From positions 2,615 to 66,614 of the forward strand of contig JANPDI010000119.1 in the NCBI GenBank assembly GCA_031431435.1: a DNA stretch of 64,000 nt, read 5' to 3'. Made by a program: the position numbers and the translations under genes. The DNA comes from Burkholderiales bacterium (GTDB lineage: Bacteria > Pseudomonadota > Gammaproteobacteria > Burkholderiales > Usitatibacteraceae). This document shows positions 15,439 through 24,127 of the stretch, one piece after another. The stretch's first letter is position 1. Each line of letters opens with the position of its first letter. The notes under the pieces were generated by a model that worked only from the letters and a program-made list of their open reading frames with translations, did not search any database and was not told the origin of the DNA.

Positions 15439-15781
15439 GATGTCCTCACTGATAAGCGGCCATTTTCGCCTAAATCTGCGCTAGACACCATTTATGCCTT
15501 GCGGGTTTTGAAACATGGCCTGAGGCGTCGACTGACCTGCGCCGTCTCTTTTCAGCGTTGGTTTTTCATTGCCGCCGTTCCGGGTGGCGCTGCTTCCATG
15601 CATTGCGGCCAGCCGTCACCCGGATCAGCGCTGTCAGGAATTGACCTGATGGCGTTGTTGATGCGGCTGGTCCGGCGCGTAACAGGGTCACGCCGCAACG
15701 ACTTGGTGAATGACTGGCCAGCGCAAATTTTACATTCCGTTCGGCATTACCGCCGGCGGCTGATCCGCTGACGAGGCGCCC

Positions 15782-16552
15782 CTACATCTGTTTGAACAGG
15801 TGTGAAAATGGCCTCGAGACGGTCAGATTTTCTTTGCGGCCCCTGACCTTTACCGTGGCCTGACCACGAAAGTCGCGGGTGACGGCCTCGATTGCCGCGG
15901 CTTGAACAATGGTCGAACGGTGTATCTGCCAGAATTTTTCGTTGTCGACGCCCTCAAGCAATTCTTTGATGGGCGTTTTGATCAGGGCATCAAACTCTTT
16001 GGTGGCGACCAGCGTGTATTTTTCGTCTGCCTGGAAAAACAGCACCTCGTCAATTGGAATCAAACGCAGATTCGAGCCGATGTTTGCCTTGATCCACTTC
16101 AGCTTTTCCGCGCCGGGATTGAGGCGTGCGGCCAGATGTTGCATTAGCGCCTCTAAATTCTGCGGCTGTGCGGGTACCGCCGTCAGACGTTCCTTGAGTC
16201 GTTCAACAGCCGCCTGCAATCGTTCGTCGCTATAAGGTTTAAGGACATAGTCGATCGCCCCGGTGTTGAATGCATCAACCGCGTATTGGTCGAAGGCTGT
16301 GACAAAAACAATATGGCATTTAAGCTCGCGATTTGACGCAAGACTCTTTGCGACTTCAATACCGGTCATCTCTGGCATCTGAATATCCAGAAACGCCAGC
16401 GTTGGATGATGCTCTGCAATCGCTTCCAATGCCGCCTCACCGTCACCCACATCGGCAACAATGGACAGCTCGGGCCAGAGCTTGGCGAGTTTCGCTTTTA
16501 GTTGCGCGCGGAGGATGGGTTCGTCTTCAGCGATGATGGCAGTAAATGTCAT
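15782..16552 (-). CDS. LytTR-family response regulator (pair 1)
   Basis: It has a receiver domain (IIAEDEP...FLDIQMP..G) and a C-terminal LytTR domain (..QIHRSTIV..). It lies downstream of a LytS-type kinase. Confidence 0.9.
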   Translation of the reverse strand: MTFTAIIAEDEPILRAQLKAKLAKLWPELSIVADVGDGEAALEAIAEHHPTLAFLDIQMPEMTGIEVAKSLASNRELKCHIVFVTAFDQYAVDAFNTGAIDYVLKPYSDERLQAAVERLKERLTAVPAQPQNLEALMQHLAARLNPGAEKLKWIKANIGSNLRLIPIDEVLFFQADEKYTLVATKEFDALIKTPIKELLEGVDNEKFWQIHRSTIVQAAAIEAVTRDFRGQATVKVRGRKENLTVSRPFSHLFKQM

Positions 16553-16691
16553 GGACTTATCTCAATGTTGGGTTGCTGCTTGCGACTCACGCGTGCCCTG
16601 CATGGCACTTGTGCGTTTGCGGGCGCGAAACATGTTTCGCGCATTCCCCGCACACGTGTCTTCGGCGATGATGGCAGTAAATGTCATGGTC
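16523..16691 (-). repeat. Direct duplication (34 bp, 2 mismatches) of the response-regulator start region
   Basis: The copies are 16523-16556 and 16658-16691 (gtcttcNgcgatgatggcagtaaatgtcatggNc). Between them lies the 20-bp perfect palindrome gcgcgaaacatgtttcgcgc (16623-16642). Confidence 0.85.
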
Positions 16692-16721
16692 GGCCATTGG
16701 TCACGATTCAAATAAATTAGA

Positions 16722-19046
16722 TCATGCCACGGGGGGATCGATCAATGCGGACTTCTTGCGTTTACGCCACCAGAACCAATAGATGATGAAACCAACCAAC
16801 ACAAACGGTGAAAGTACCGGGAAAACCGAGACCAGGATGAGAATCGGGATACCGATGGCCAGTCCGACAAACAAAAAGCCGAGCCCGTAAATGACCGCCA
16901 CCAGGATCAATGCCACCAGTGAGAGAACGCCAAACACGAGCATGAATACCGCGGTTCCGAGCGCCATGCCTTCCAAGCCCGAAATACGGGTATCACCGAC
17001 GCTAAGCGGGATCATATCTGTTGCAAGGCCAACCATGCTCACCAAAAATACAACGCCGAGAACAGCAACAATGGCGACAAACACTTTGACCAATATGCCA
17101 GCCCAAGCATTGTGCGTGCGCACGGCAACGTTGAGTGTTTTAGCACTCCATGATTTTGGCGTAGCCGGCTTAGCCTGAGCAGGCGACGCCGTTGGATCGC
17201 TTGCGAATGCCGTCGAACCCGCTGCCGGGGTTTCGATGGTGGCAATCACACCGTTGGGCGAATTCGACTCGAGTGTGAATTTTGCCTCGTCGCCAAACAG
17301 CGCGAGCAGGCGCTCACGCACATTCGCCAACCCAATGCCGCCGCCGGTCTGGATCGGCGAGTCTGAGAGCCCCCTGCCGGTATCCTTGACCATGATGCGA
17401 ATCGTCGGGCGCCCACCAACGTCAACTTTTTCGGCAATGACATCAATGCGGCCGCCTTCGCGTTGTGGTTCGAGTCCGTGTTTGATTGCATTTTCCACCA
17501 ACGATGGCAGCATCAGCGGCGGGAACGGCAGGTTTTCCAGTTCCGCCGGCACCTCAATGCCGAACTCAAGCCGTGTGCCCATGCGCATTTTGAGGATGTT
17601 CAGATATGCCCGCACCAACTCTATTTCCTGGCCGACTGTCGAGATGTTTTCGCGCATTTTCGGCAGCGTCGCACGCAGATATTGGATCAAATGACCCGTC
17701 ATTTTGTTTGCCTGCTGCGGGTCGACTTCGGTCAATGCCTGAACATTGGCCAACGTGTTGTAGAGGAAATGCGGCTCGACCTGCGCCTGCAATGCCATCA
17801 GTTTTGCCTCGACGATCTGACGGTTGACGTTGGCAAACTCGGCTTCCTGGGTTTTTTCGCTTGCCACTTCCAAGGCGCGGCGCGAACGCCCGATGTAAAT
17901 CTTCACAATGATCAAGATGATAAAAAGCGGAATGAAGGCAACGATCAGCGCGGCACCAATGCCGACGCGTCGAAAATCATTCGAAACTTTGCGACGGATG
18001 TCCTCACGAAATTCCGGCGGCAATGGCGGTGTGGGTGCACCGATATCAATTCCGTTTATTTGAAGCATTGATTTTTCCGGCGCACCGATGGTGATATCTC
18101 CCTTGATGCGCGTACCACCCAACATGCCGTCAATATTGACGGTATCCTCACCGCCCTTTTTGGTAATGGTGAGATCGTTTGTGTCACCCGGCTTGTCGCT
18201 GTTGCTGCTTTTTAACTTGATGCTCGATACCTTGTTTGACTTATCCTCTGCGCCACCTGACGATGTTTTGCTATCGGCAATTGTTGGCGTGATGCGCGTG
18301 GTTGGGGTCGTCGGCGTGGTCGGCGTCGTTGGCGTGGTCGGCGTTGTTTTCCCCACTTCGTCGCCTATTGGCTGGCCGGTGTTTACGCTGAACTTTCCGC
18401 TCTTGATTTTATTAAGCGTGTCATTTGCCTCGCGTTCTTTCGCCTTTGCTTCGGCGATGGCCTTGTCAAAGGCGGCGAACGCCGTCGGATCATCAAGGCC
18501 GACCCGCGCTTGTGCGGCGGCGGCTTCTTTTCGCGCGCCCTGCAGCTCCCTTATTTTTTCGCGTGCGGATTCCAAATCACCCTGCGCAGATTCACGCGCT
18601 CTTTCACGTTGCTCACGCGCGGTCTCTTTTGCCTGGCGGCGCTGCTCTTGCTCAAGTTCGCTCGCCGCCCGGCGCGCTTCTTTTGCTGCCCGGACGGAAT
18701 CAGCCTTGGCTCTTTTGGCATCGCTCTCTGCGCTCGAAAGCTCGGCCCGCGCGCCTTCAATTTCTTTCAACGCCTTGGCGAGTTCTGCTTTGCGCGCCGG
18801 ATCGGTGGTTCGTTCGCCCATGGATTTGACCACCCGCTCCGCAATGGTGAGCGCGTTATCGCCGAAGGTACGGTCGATTTCCCGTTGAATGGCGCGGTTT
18901 TCGGTAGACGACTTGCCCGAGTCTGATAGACGGATCACGTTGAACGGCACAGTGAAAAGCGCCAACATGAGGAACGTAAATAGCCCGGTGAGCGCCAATA
19001 CCCACCATGGTGTCTTGTACAAAAGATTGCCGATTGCTTTGAACAT
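16722..19046 (-). CDS. LytS/His_kinase-type sensor histidine kinase with atypical N- and C-terminal modules (pair 1)
   Basis: This is a 774-aa ORF. The core LMALQAQVEPHFLYNTLANVQAL (PF06580-type H-box) plus HATPase (LVENAIKHG..DTGRGL..GGIGLANVRERL) is flanked by a long charged/PT-rich segment and by C-terminal TM helices. Confidence 0.85.
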   Translation of the reverse strand: MFKAIGNLLYKTPWWVLALTGLFTFLMLALFTVPFNVIRLSDSGKSSTENRAIQREIDRTFGDNALTIAERVVKSMGERTTDPARKAELAKALKEIEGARAELSSAESDAKRAKADSVRAAKEARRAASELEQEQRRQAKETAREQRERARESAQGDLESAREKIRELQGARKEAAAAQARVGLDDPTAFAAFDKAIAEAKAKEREANDTLNKIKSGKFSVNTGQPIGDEVGKTTPTTPTTPTTPTTPTTRITPTIADSKTSSGGAEDKSNKVSSIKLKSSNSDKPGDTNDLTITKKGGEDTVNIDGMLGGTRIKGDITIGAPEKSMLQINGIDIGAPTPPLPPEFREDIRRKVSNDFRRVGIGAALIVAFIPLFIILIIVKIYIGRSRRALEVASEKTQEAEFANVNRQIVEAKLMALQAQVEPHFLYNTLANVQALTEVDPQQANKMTGHLIQYLRATLPKMRENISTVGQEIELVRAYLNILKMRMGTRLEFGIEVPAELENLPFPPLMLPSLVENAIKHGLEPQREGGRIDVIAEKVDVGGRPTIRIMVKDTGRGLSDSPIQTGGGIGLANVRERLLALFGDEAKFTLESNSPNGVIATIETPAAGSTAFASDPTASPAQAKPATPKSWSAKTLNVAVRTHNAWAGILVKVFVAIVAVLGVVFLVSMVGLATDMIPLSVGDTRISGLEGMALGTAVFMLVFGVLSLVALILVAVIYGLGFLFVGLAIGIPILILVSVFPVLSPFVLVGFIIYWFWWRKRKKSALIDPPVA

Positions 19047-19095
19047 ATTGTCAGTTTAAGGCGGAATGATTAATTTGCGGACTTACCAGCACCGG

Positions 19096-19215
19096 CTATT
19101 CTTCGATTACAACCCAAAGCAGCATGGTTGTGGCGATGCCGACCAACGTGACGATCCAAAGCCACGCCGGCATTTCTGCCACTTGGGAGGTGATTGCCCA
19201 AACGATTGTCATCAT
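19096..19215 (-). CDS. Possible 39-aa small membrane protein upstream of the kinase
   Basis: My own translation reads MMTIVWAITSQVAEMPAWLWIVTLVGIATTMLLWVVIEE. It is below the ORF-track size cut-off, has only a weak Shine-Dalgarno, and rests on hydrophobicity alone. Confidence 0.25.
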   Translation of the reverse strand: MMTIVWAITSQVAEMPAWLWIVTLVGIATTMLLWVVIEE

Positions 19216-19490
19216 GTGCGCCTGTATCGATTAATTCGGTATACGGCGGAGCATATTGTCTGGCCACGCGATGCTCAATCCAGATTGGGCTGGAATGCAG
19301 AAACCACCGGTCGACTTGCGGTCTGTCCGGATGGGCCACATGGCGATTTATGATGAAAACCATGGTTGCAAAGTTGTTTAAGGACGGCTTATTTCAGGCA
19401 TTTATGCCCGAAAACGATTGTCAGTAAAGGACTTTGCCTTTTCAAAGGCAGGCGCGCCTTGATTTTTCCGCGCCGGGCGTGCAACCCGGC

Positions 19491-20273
19491 TCACATTTGT
19501 TTGAACAAATGTGTGTAGTTGCGGCTGACGGTGAGTGTTTCACTGCGGCCAATGAGCTTTAGGTCGGCCTGATCGCGCAGGCCGCGAACAACCCCGGCAA
19601 TGGCGCGCGTATTGACGATTGTCGACCGGTGAATTTGCCAGAACCGGTTTGGATCGAGTTCGACAATGAGCTCTTTTATTGATTTACGAATCAGCACCTC
19701 ACTATCCGCCATCGCGACACAGGTGTATTTTTCATCTGACTGAAAGTACAAGACATCGTCGACCGGGATCAGCCGCACGGTTTGTCCAACGCTGGCTTTT
19801 ATCCACTGCAGGTAGGCAACACCGGGTTGCAGTTTTTCGCTCAGCTGCCGCAGAACGGCGTCGAGTGATTGCGTCACCGGCGCGATGTTGTCCGGTTGGA
19901 TCCGATCTTTCAGGCGCTCAATGGTTTCGCCCAATCTGCTGTTGTCATACGGCTTGAGCACGTAGTCAATCGCCCCTTGTTCAAAGGCGTCGACCGCATA
20001 TTGGTCAAACGCTGTGACAAAAACAATTTGGCACCGCTTGTCGTGCATTTTTGCAAGCGCGCTTATCTGCTTTGCAGCATCCAGGCCGGACATGAGCGGC
20101 ATATGGATATCCAGAAAAACAACATCGGGATAAAGTGATGTAAACCCACTGACGGCCTCGGCGCCATTTGTTGCCTCCAGCACAATATCAAGCGCCGGCC
20201 ACAGCCTGCCTAGCCGCAGTTTTAACTGTTCGCGCAGCAGCGGTTCATCATCGCAGATCAGTGCGGTTGGCAT
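19491..20273 (-). CDS. LytTR-family response regulator (pair 2)
   Basis: This is a 260-aa ORF. It is clearly paralogous to 15782-16552, sharing IVFVTAFDQYAVDAF..GAIDYVLKPY and ..QIHRSTIV... Confidence 0.9.
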   Translation of the reverse strand: MPTALICDDEPLLREQLKLRLGRLWPALDIVLEATNGAEAVSGFTSLYPDVVFLDIHMPLMSGLDAAKQISALAKMHDKRCQIVFVTAFDQYAVDAFEQGAIDYVLKPYDNSRLGETIERLKDRIQPDNIAPVTQSLDAVLRQLSEKLQPGVAYLQWIKASVGQTVRLIPVDDVLYFQSDEKYTCVAMADSEVLIRKSIKELIVELDPNRFWQIHRSTIVNTRAIAGVVRGLRDQADLKLIGRSETLTVSRNYTHLFKQM

Positions 20274-20276
20274 TGC

Positions 20277-21410
20277 TCAATCCTGCGCAATAGAAATGAT
20301 GGCGACCACACCGCCGGGTGCATTCTCTTCCAGCTGCAATTCGGCATATTTGCCAAATAGGGTCGTCAATCGTTCACGAATATTGGTCAGGCCGACGCCG
20401 ATACCCGTCGAGGTAGACAGCCCCCGCCCGGTGTCACGAACGCTCACGTGCAGCGAATCGCCTTCGCGCCTTGCGGAAATGCCGATGTGGCCGCCGCCTG
20501 GCATCGGGTCAATGCCGTGTTTGATCGCATTTTCGACCAAGGTGAGCAACATCATTGGCGGAAACGGCTGATGGGTCAACGCACTTGGCAAATCGACCGA
20601 AAATGCCAGCCTGGCACCCATCCGAACCGCCTGAATATCGAGGTAGGCAACGGTCATCGCAAATTCGCGGCCGAGCGTGGTGCTGTCCTCCCGCATCTGG
20701 GGAAGCGCCGCCCGCAGATAGGTAATCAGACTCTCGAGCGTCTTGCTCGCCAGCTGCGGATTGGACTCGGTCAGGTGCTGCACGTTTGCCAATGTGTTAA
20801 ACAGGAAATGCGGCTCAATCTGCGCCTGCATCAATTTTAGACGGGCCTCGAGAACTTGTTTCTCAAGCGCATGACGGGTTGCTTCGGCCTGCGCAGTATC
20901 AGCGTCTGCCCGCGCGGCACGACTACGGTAGACCAAAACAATTGCCGTCACGGCGCCAAAGCCGATACCGACTGACGTAAAAATGACCATGCCAAAAAAA
21001 ATCGGTTCAACGCCGAACATTTGCTGCAATGTTCGTCCGATGACCAAGCCCGAAACGATGGTCCCGATAATCGCACCCATTGCAACAGCGGGCATTTGTG
21101 TTGCCAACAGTGAAAATCGGCGTTTCGGCCTTGCCCGCCAAAATATTTCGGCAACAACGAACGACAACAACATCACCAGGGCAACAATAAACAGTCTGAA
21201 CCAGAGTGCGTAAAAGCGCGCCAACGGCCCCGGGCAGGTTTCGGGCGGGTACCAAATTGCCCCTGACGGCGCCTTGTTTGGTGGTGGTTCGCAACCGACC
21301 CCGCCGGAGAAATAGGGCAGGATAATCGCAGCGGCGACAGTCGTCAGCCCAACGATGAGCAACAGTTGCCACCAATTGAGGCGGCGCATTAGTGTCGACA
21401 GGAAATTCAT
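20277..21410 (-). CDS. LytS/AlgZ-type sensor histidine kinase (pair 2)
   Basis: This is a 377-aa ORF. It has N-terminal TM helices, then LMQAQIEPHFLFNTLANVQHL and an HATPase motif set (LVENAIKHG, DTGRGL, GVGLTNIRERL). Confidence 0.88.
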   Translation of the reverse strand: MNFLSTLMRRLNWWQLLLIVGLTTVAAAIILPYFSGGVGCEPPPNKAPSGAIWYPPETCPGPLARFYALWFRLFIVALVMLLSFVVAEIFWRARPKRRFSLLATQMPAVAMGAIIGTIVSGLVIGRTLQQMFGVEPIFFGMVIFTSVGIGFGAVTAIVLVYRSRAARADADTAQAEATRHALEKQVLEARLKLMQAQIEPHFLFNTLANVQHLTESNPQLASKTLESLITYLRAALPQMREDSTTLGREFAMTVAYLDIQAVRMGARLAFSVDLPSALTHQPFPPMMLLTLVENAIKHGIDPMPGGGHIGISARREGDSLHVSVRDTGRGLSTSTGIGVGLTNIRERLTTLFGKYAELQLEENAPGGVVAIISIAQD

Positions 21411-21503
21411 AGGCGCAGCTTACATTGCCGCGGCAGCTTTGCCCACGGCTTCGCGACAAAGCGCGGAAAAACGCCAGCCGGACGCCGCTCGGGAGCAAAC
21501 AGG

Positions 21504-21866
21504 CTAGCGAATAATCACAATCCGGTTCGAGGTCCTGCCAGCCGCGTGGGCAAAACCGGGACGGGCATGGCCTGACCCGCTCTTGGGCGCGTCGACCATA
21601 CGTTTGGCGACCGAAATGCGGACAACCGTAACCGGGTCCACAATGCGGCCAAATTGTCCGGCAGACTGTCGACCGGACGCGGTGATGGCTTGAATCCTGG
21701 CGGTCGTCACCGACGTTTGCCTTTCAACAGGCGTTTCAACCAATGCGGCCGGAGGCGGTTGTGTCGTCGTCGTTGCGCCCAAAATCCATTGGCGCACACA
21801 CAAAATCGCCCGCTCCGTCAAGCCAGACGATGGCAATTGCGCGATAGAAGTTGACGTTGTGATGTT
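21504..21866 (-). CDS. Hypothetical protein (about 120 aa)
   Basis: An internal ATG (MNITTSTSIAQ...) lies within ORF 21504-22052. The codon pattern looks coding, but I recognise no family and there is no clear Shine-Dalgarno. Confidence 0.3.
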   Translation of the reverse strand, partial: NITTSTSIAQLPSSGLTERAILCVRQWILGATTTTQPPPAALVETPVERQTSVTTARIQAITASGRQSAGQFGRIVDPVTVVRISVAKRMVDAPKSGSGHARPGFAHAAGRTSNRIVIIR

Positions 21867-21968
21867 CATTGACGACCTAACGAAAGAATCTTGATCTGGA
21901 TGACATACTGACAAACAATTGTGAAAATGAAATGACAATGCCATTCCTAGCTTTCGGCACGCACGGTG

Positions 21969-21998
21969 AAAAAAAACCCGGGCGTTTGACGGCCCGGG
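21969..21998 (-). terminator. Rho-independent terminator of the 77-aa gene
   Basis: The stem is cccgggc / gcccggg with an 8-nt loop. An A8 run on the plus strand gives a U-run on the minus-strand transcript. Confidence 0.7.
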
Positions 21999-22098
21999 CA
22001 AGTTAGTCGAGGGAGGCTCGACCAGGGGACTCACACAGAGACGCCAAAACAAGGTTCACATCCGTTTGATACCGGGCAACGACAGTTTGGATGTGGTT

Positions 22099-22332
22099 CT
22101 AACAAACAGCGGTTTGGCAAACCACCGTTGCGTTTGCCACCTGATTCGCATTTAACCGTGTTGCCGTGACCGTGATAATGTCGACGGGACCAACGGTAGC
22201 GGCGGTTTGAACGGTGGCGTTGTGATACGGCGTCTGACCGGTGGCGGTCGCGAATCCTGCCACCAAAACGACGGTGACAAGCAGCGAACCGAAAATGCCA
22301 ACCAGTTGTTTGGTCAAGAAATCGGATTTCAT
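22099..22332 (-). CDS. Small secreted/membrane-anchored protein (77 aa) ending in C-x4-C
   Basis: MKSDFLTKQLVGIFGSLLVTVVLVAGFATA forms a signal or anchor. The mature part is rich in Thr/Ala/Val and ends VVCQTAVC. The gene has its own terminator. Confidence 0.5.
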   Translation of the reverse strand: MKSDFLTKQLVGIFGSLLVTVVLVAGFATATGQTPYHNATVQTAATVGPVDIITVTATRLNANQVANATVVCQTAVC

Positions 22333-22504
22333 AAAGTGCTCCTGTCGGAAAATGCTTGTTCAGTCTGCAACACCATGCATGATTTGTTGCATTGACGGCA
22401 GATTAAAGTTCCCGCGCACAAATGGCGATTCGAATGCGATGAAATGCCAGAATGGCGCCGCAAACTGCAGAAAAACCGACTGGAAATCCATAAGATCGAC
22501 CGGC

Positions 22505-22536
22505 CAAAAAGAAAACGGCACCTCCCGGTGCCGTTT
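22505..22536 (-). terminator. Rho-independent terminator of the symporter gene
   Basis: The stem is aaacggcacc / ggtgccgttt with loop tccc. The upstream A-run on the plus strand gives a U-run on the minus-strand transcript. Confidence 0.75.
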
Positions 22537-22565
22537 GACGCGCTATCGACAGCACGGAGAAGTGC

Positions 22566-24029
22566 TTACGACACCAAGCGGTGCGCCGAGGCGTCGTGTG
22601 GCGCCGGATGTGCGTGGTGTTCGTGCGGCTTGGTCGCGAGTGAGCCGACAACCATCCCCAACAACGCCATGATGAAGCCGGCGAGCTGCGCAGGAAAGTC
22701 TGTGCCAAGTGGTGTCGCCAGAAAGATCAGCCAGGTCGTGATGCCCAGAATAATCGACGCCATCGCACCGTGTTTGTTGGCGCGCGGCCAGTAAAGGCCT
22801 GCAACGAGCGGCGTCAGCGCACCACAAAGTGTGACTTGATACGCCGCAGAAACCATTTCATAAATTGGTGTTCCCTTCATGGCAATCGCGTATACCAACA
22901 CCAGCGCGGTAAATACCACCAGGGCGACACGAAACGCCTGCAGCCGTTGCTTGTCGGTGATACCCGGGCGCAAATTTTTGTAGATATTCTCGACAAAACT
23001 GGTTGACGGCGCCAACAGTGTCGCCGATGCGCAGGATTTGATTGCCGACAGCAGCGCACCAAAAAACAATACCTGCGCCCAGAATGGCATATGCGTCAAG
23101 ATTAGCGTCGGCAAAATACGCTGCGGGTCATCGGCCAGCATCCGTTTGGTCTCGTCCGGCATGATCAGCACGGCGCAGGCGACGATGAACATTGGCACAA
23201 ACGCAAACGCCAAATAGGCCATGCCGCCGATGACCGCACCGCGCGAGGCGGTTTTTGAATCCTTGGCAGACATGACGCGTTGAAAAATATCCTGTTGCGG
23301 GATCGACCCCAGCATCATGGTGATGGCCGCCGCAAAAAAGAAGACAACATCGTGAAACTTGGGCTCGGGGAAAAAACGAAACCAGTCGTTGGTAAGGGCC
23401 AATTGGTAGACCTTGTCGGGACCGCCGGCCAGGTTGCCAGCCATCATGGCGATGATTGTCAACCCAATCACCAACACGATCATTTGGATGAAATCTGTCC
23501 AGGCAATGGCCAGCATGCCGCCGACCACCACGTAAATGACGACCGCAAGGGTGCCAATCACCATCCCGGTTTCGACGCTGATGGCGCCAGCCGAAACAAC
23601 GTTAAATACCAGCCCCAGCGCCGTGACCTGCGCGGCAACCCAGCCGAGATACGACAGGATGATGGCCACCGAGCAAAAAATTTCCACACCCTTGCCGTAG
23701 CGTTTGCGAAAATAGTCGCCGATGGTCAACAGCGTCATCTTGTAGAGCTTTGCCGCAAAAAATAAGCCGACAAAAATCAGGCACATCGACGCGCCGAACG
23801 GGTCTTCGACCACATTGTTTAGTCCGCCCTGGACGAACTTGGCGGAGATTCCAAGCACTGTTTCGGCGCCAAACCATGTCGCGAACGTTGTGGTGACAAT
23901 CATGATGAGTGGCAGACTGCGCCCGGCCAGGGCGAAATCGGCGGAAGTTTTGACGCGGGTACCGGCATACATACCGATGGCAAGCGTTCCCAGCAAATAC
24001 AACACGACAAAGGCGAGCAGAGCGTTCAT
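22566..24029 (-). CDS. Sodium:solute symporter (SSS) family transporter
   Basis: MNALLAFVVLYLLGTLAIGMYAGTRVKTSADFALAGRSLP..TFATWFGAETVLG is a typical SSS N-terminus. The protein is polytopic. I chose the start at M23. Confidence 0.85.
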   Translation of the reverse strand: MNALLAFVVLYLLGTLAIGMYAGTRVKTSADFALAGRSLPLIMIVTTTFATWFGAETVLGISAKFVQGGLNNVVEDPFGASMCLIFVGLFFAAKLYKMTLLTIGDYFRKRYGKGVEIFCSVAIILSYLGWVAAQVTALGLVFNVVSAGAISVETGMVIGTLAVVIYVVVGGMLAIAWTDFIQMIVLVIGLTIIAMMAGNLAGGPDKVYQLALTNDWFRFFPEPKFHDVVFFFAAAITMMLGSIPQQDIFQRVMSAKDSKTASRGAVIGGMAYLAFAFVPMFIVACAVLIMPDETKRMLADDPQRILPTLILTHMPFWAQVLFFGALLSAIKSCASATLLAPSTSFVENIYKNLRPGITDKQRLQAFRVALVVFTALVLVYAIAMKGTPIYEMVSAAYQVTLCGALTPLVAGLYWPRANKHGAMASIILGITTWLIFLATPLGTDFPAQLAGFIMALLGMVVGSLATKPHEHHAHPAPHDASAHRLVS

Positions 24030-24127
24030 GGCGTGATCAATACCGTCAGAAGAATGGTTGGTCGGGGAGTGGTATCGCGCAGCAGTCAGCCGCATACGCG
24101 GATTCTAGAATTTTCTGACCTCTCACG

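Noticed and set aside
15442-15449. A single tgtcctca 8-mer outside the island resembles the iteron.
   Set aside because: It is an isolated copy, the ninth base differs (C, not G), and it lies in a housekeeping intergenic region. This is consistent with chance.
21504-22052. The full 182-aa ORF, and a suspected paralogy between its product and the 77-aa protein (VDIITVTATR against VDPVTVVRISVAKR).
   Set aside because: The N-terminal 62 codons run through the terminator of the upstream gene (21969-21998), so only the MNITT... portion could be real. The similarity is a handful of Val/Thr residues and cannot be defended without an alignment statistic.
22138-22170. The motif VDIITVTATR in the 77-aa protein resembles the start of TonB-dependent receptor plug domains.
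   Set aside because: The protein is far too small to be a receptor. No barrel-encoding sequence follows and a terminator lies immediately downstream. The resemblance is probably chance, in a Thr/Val-rich peptide.
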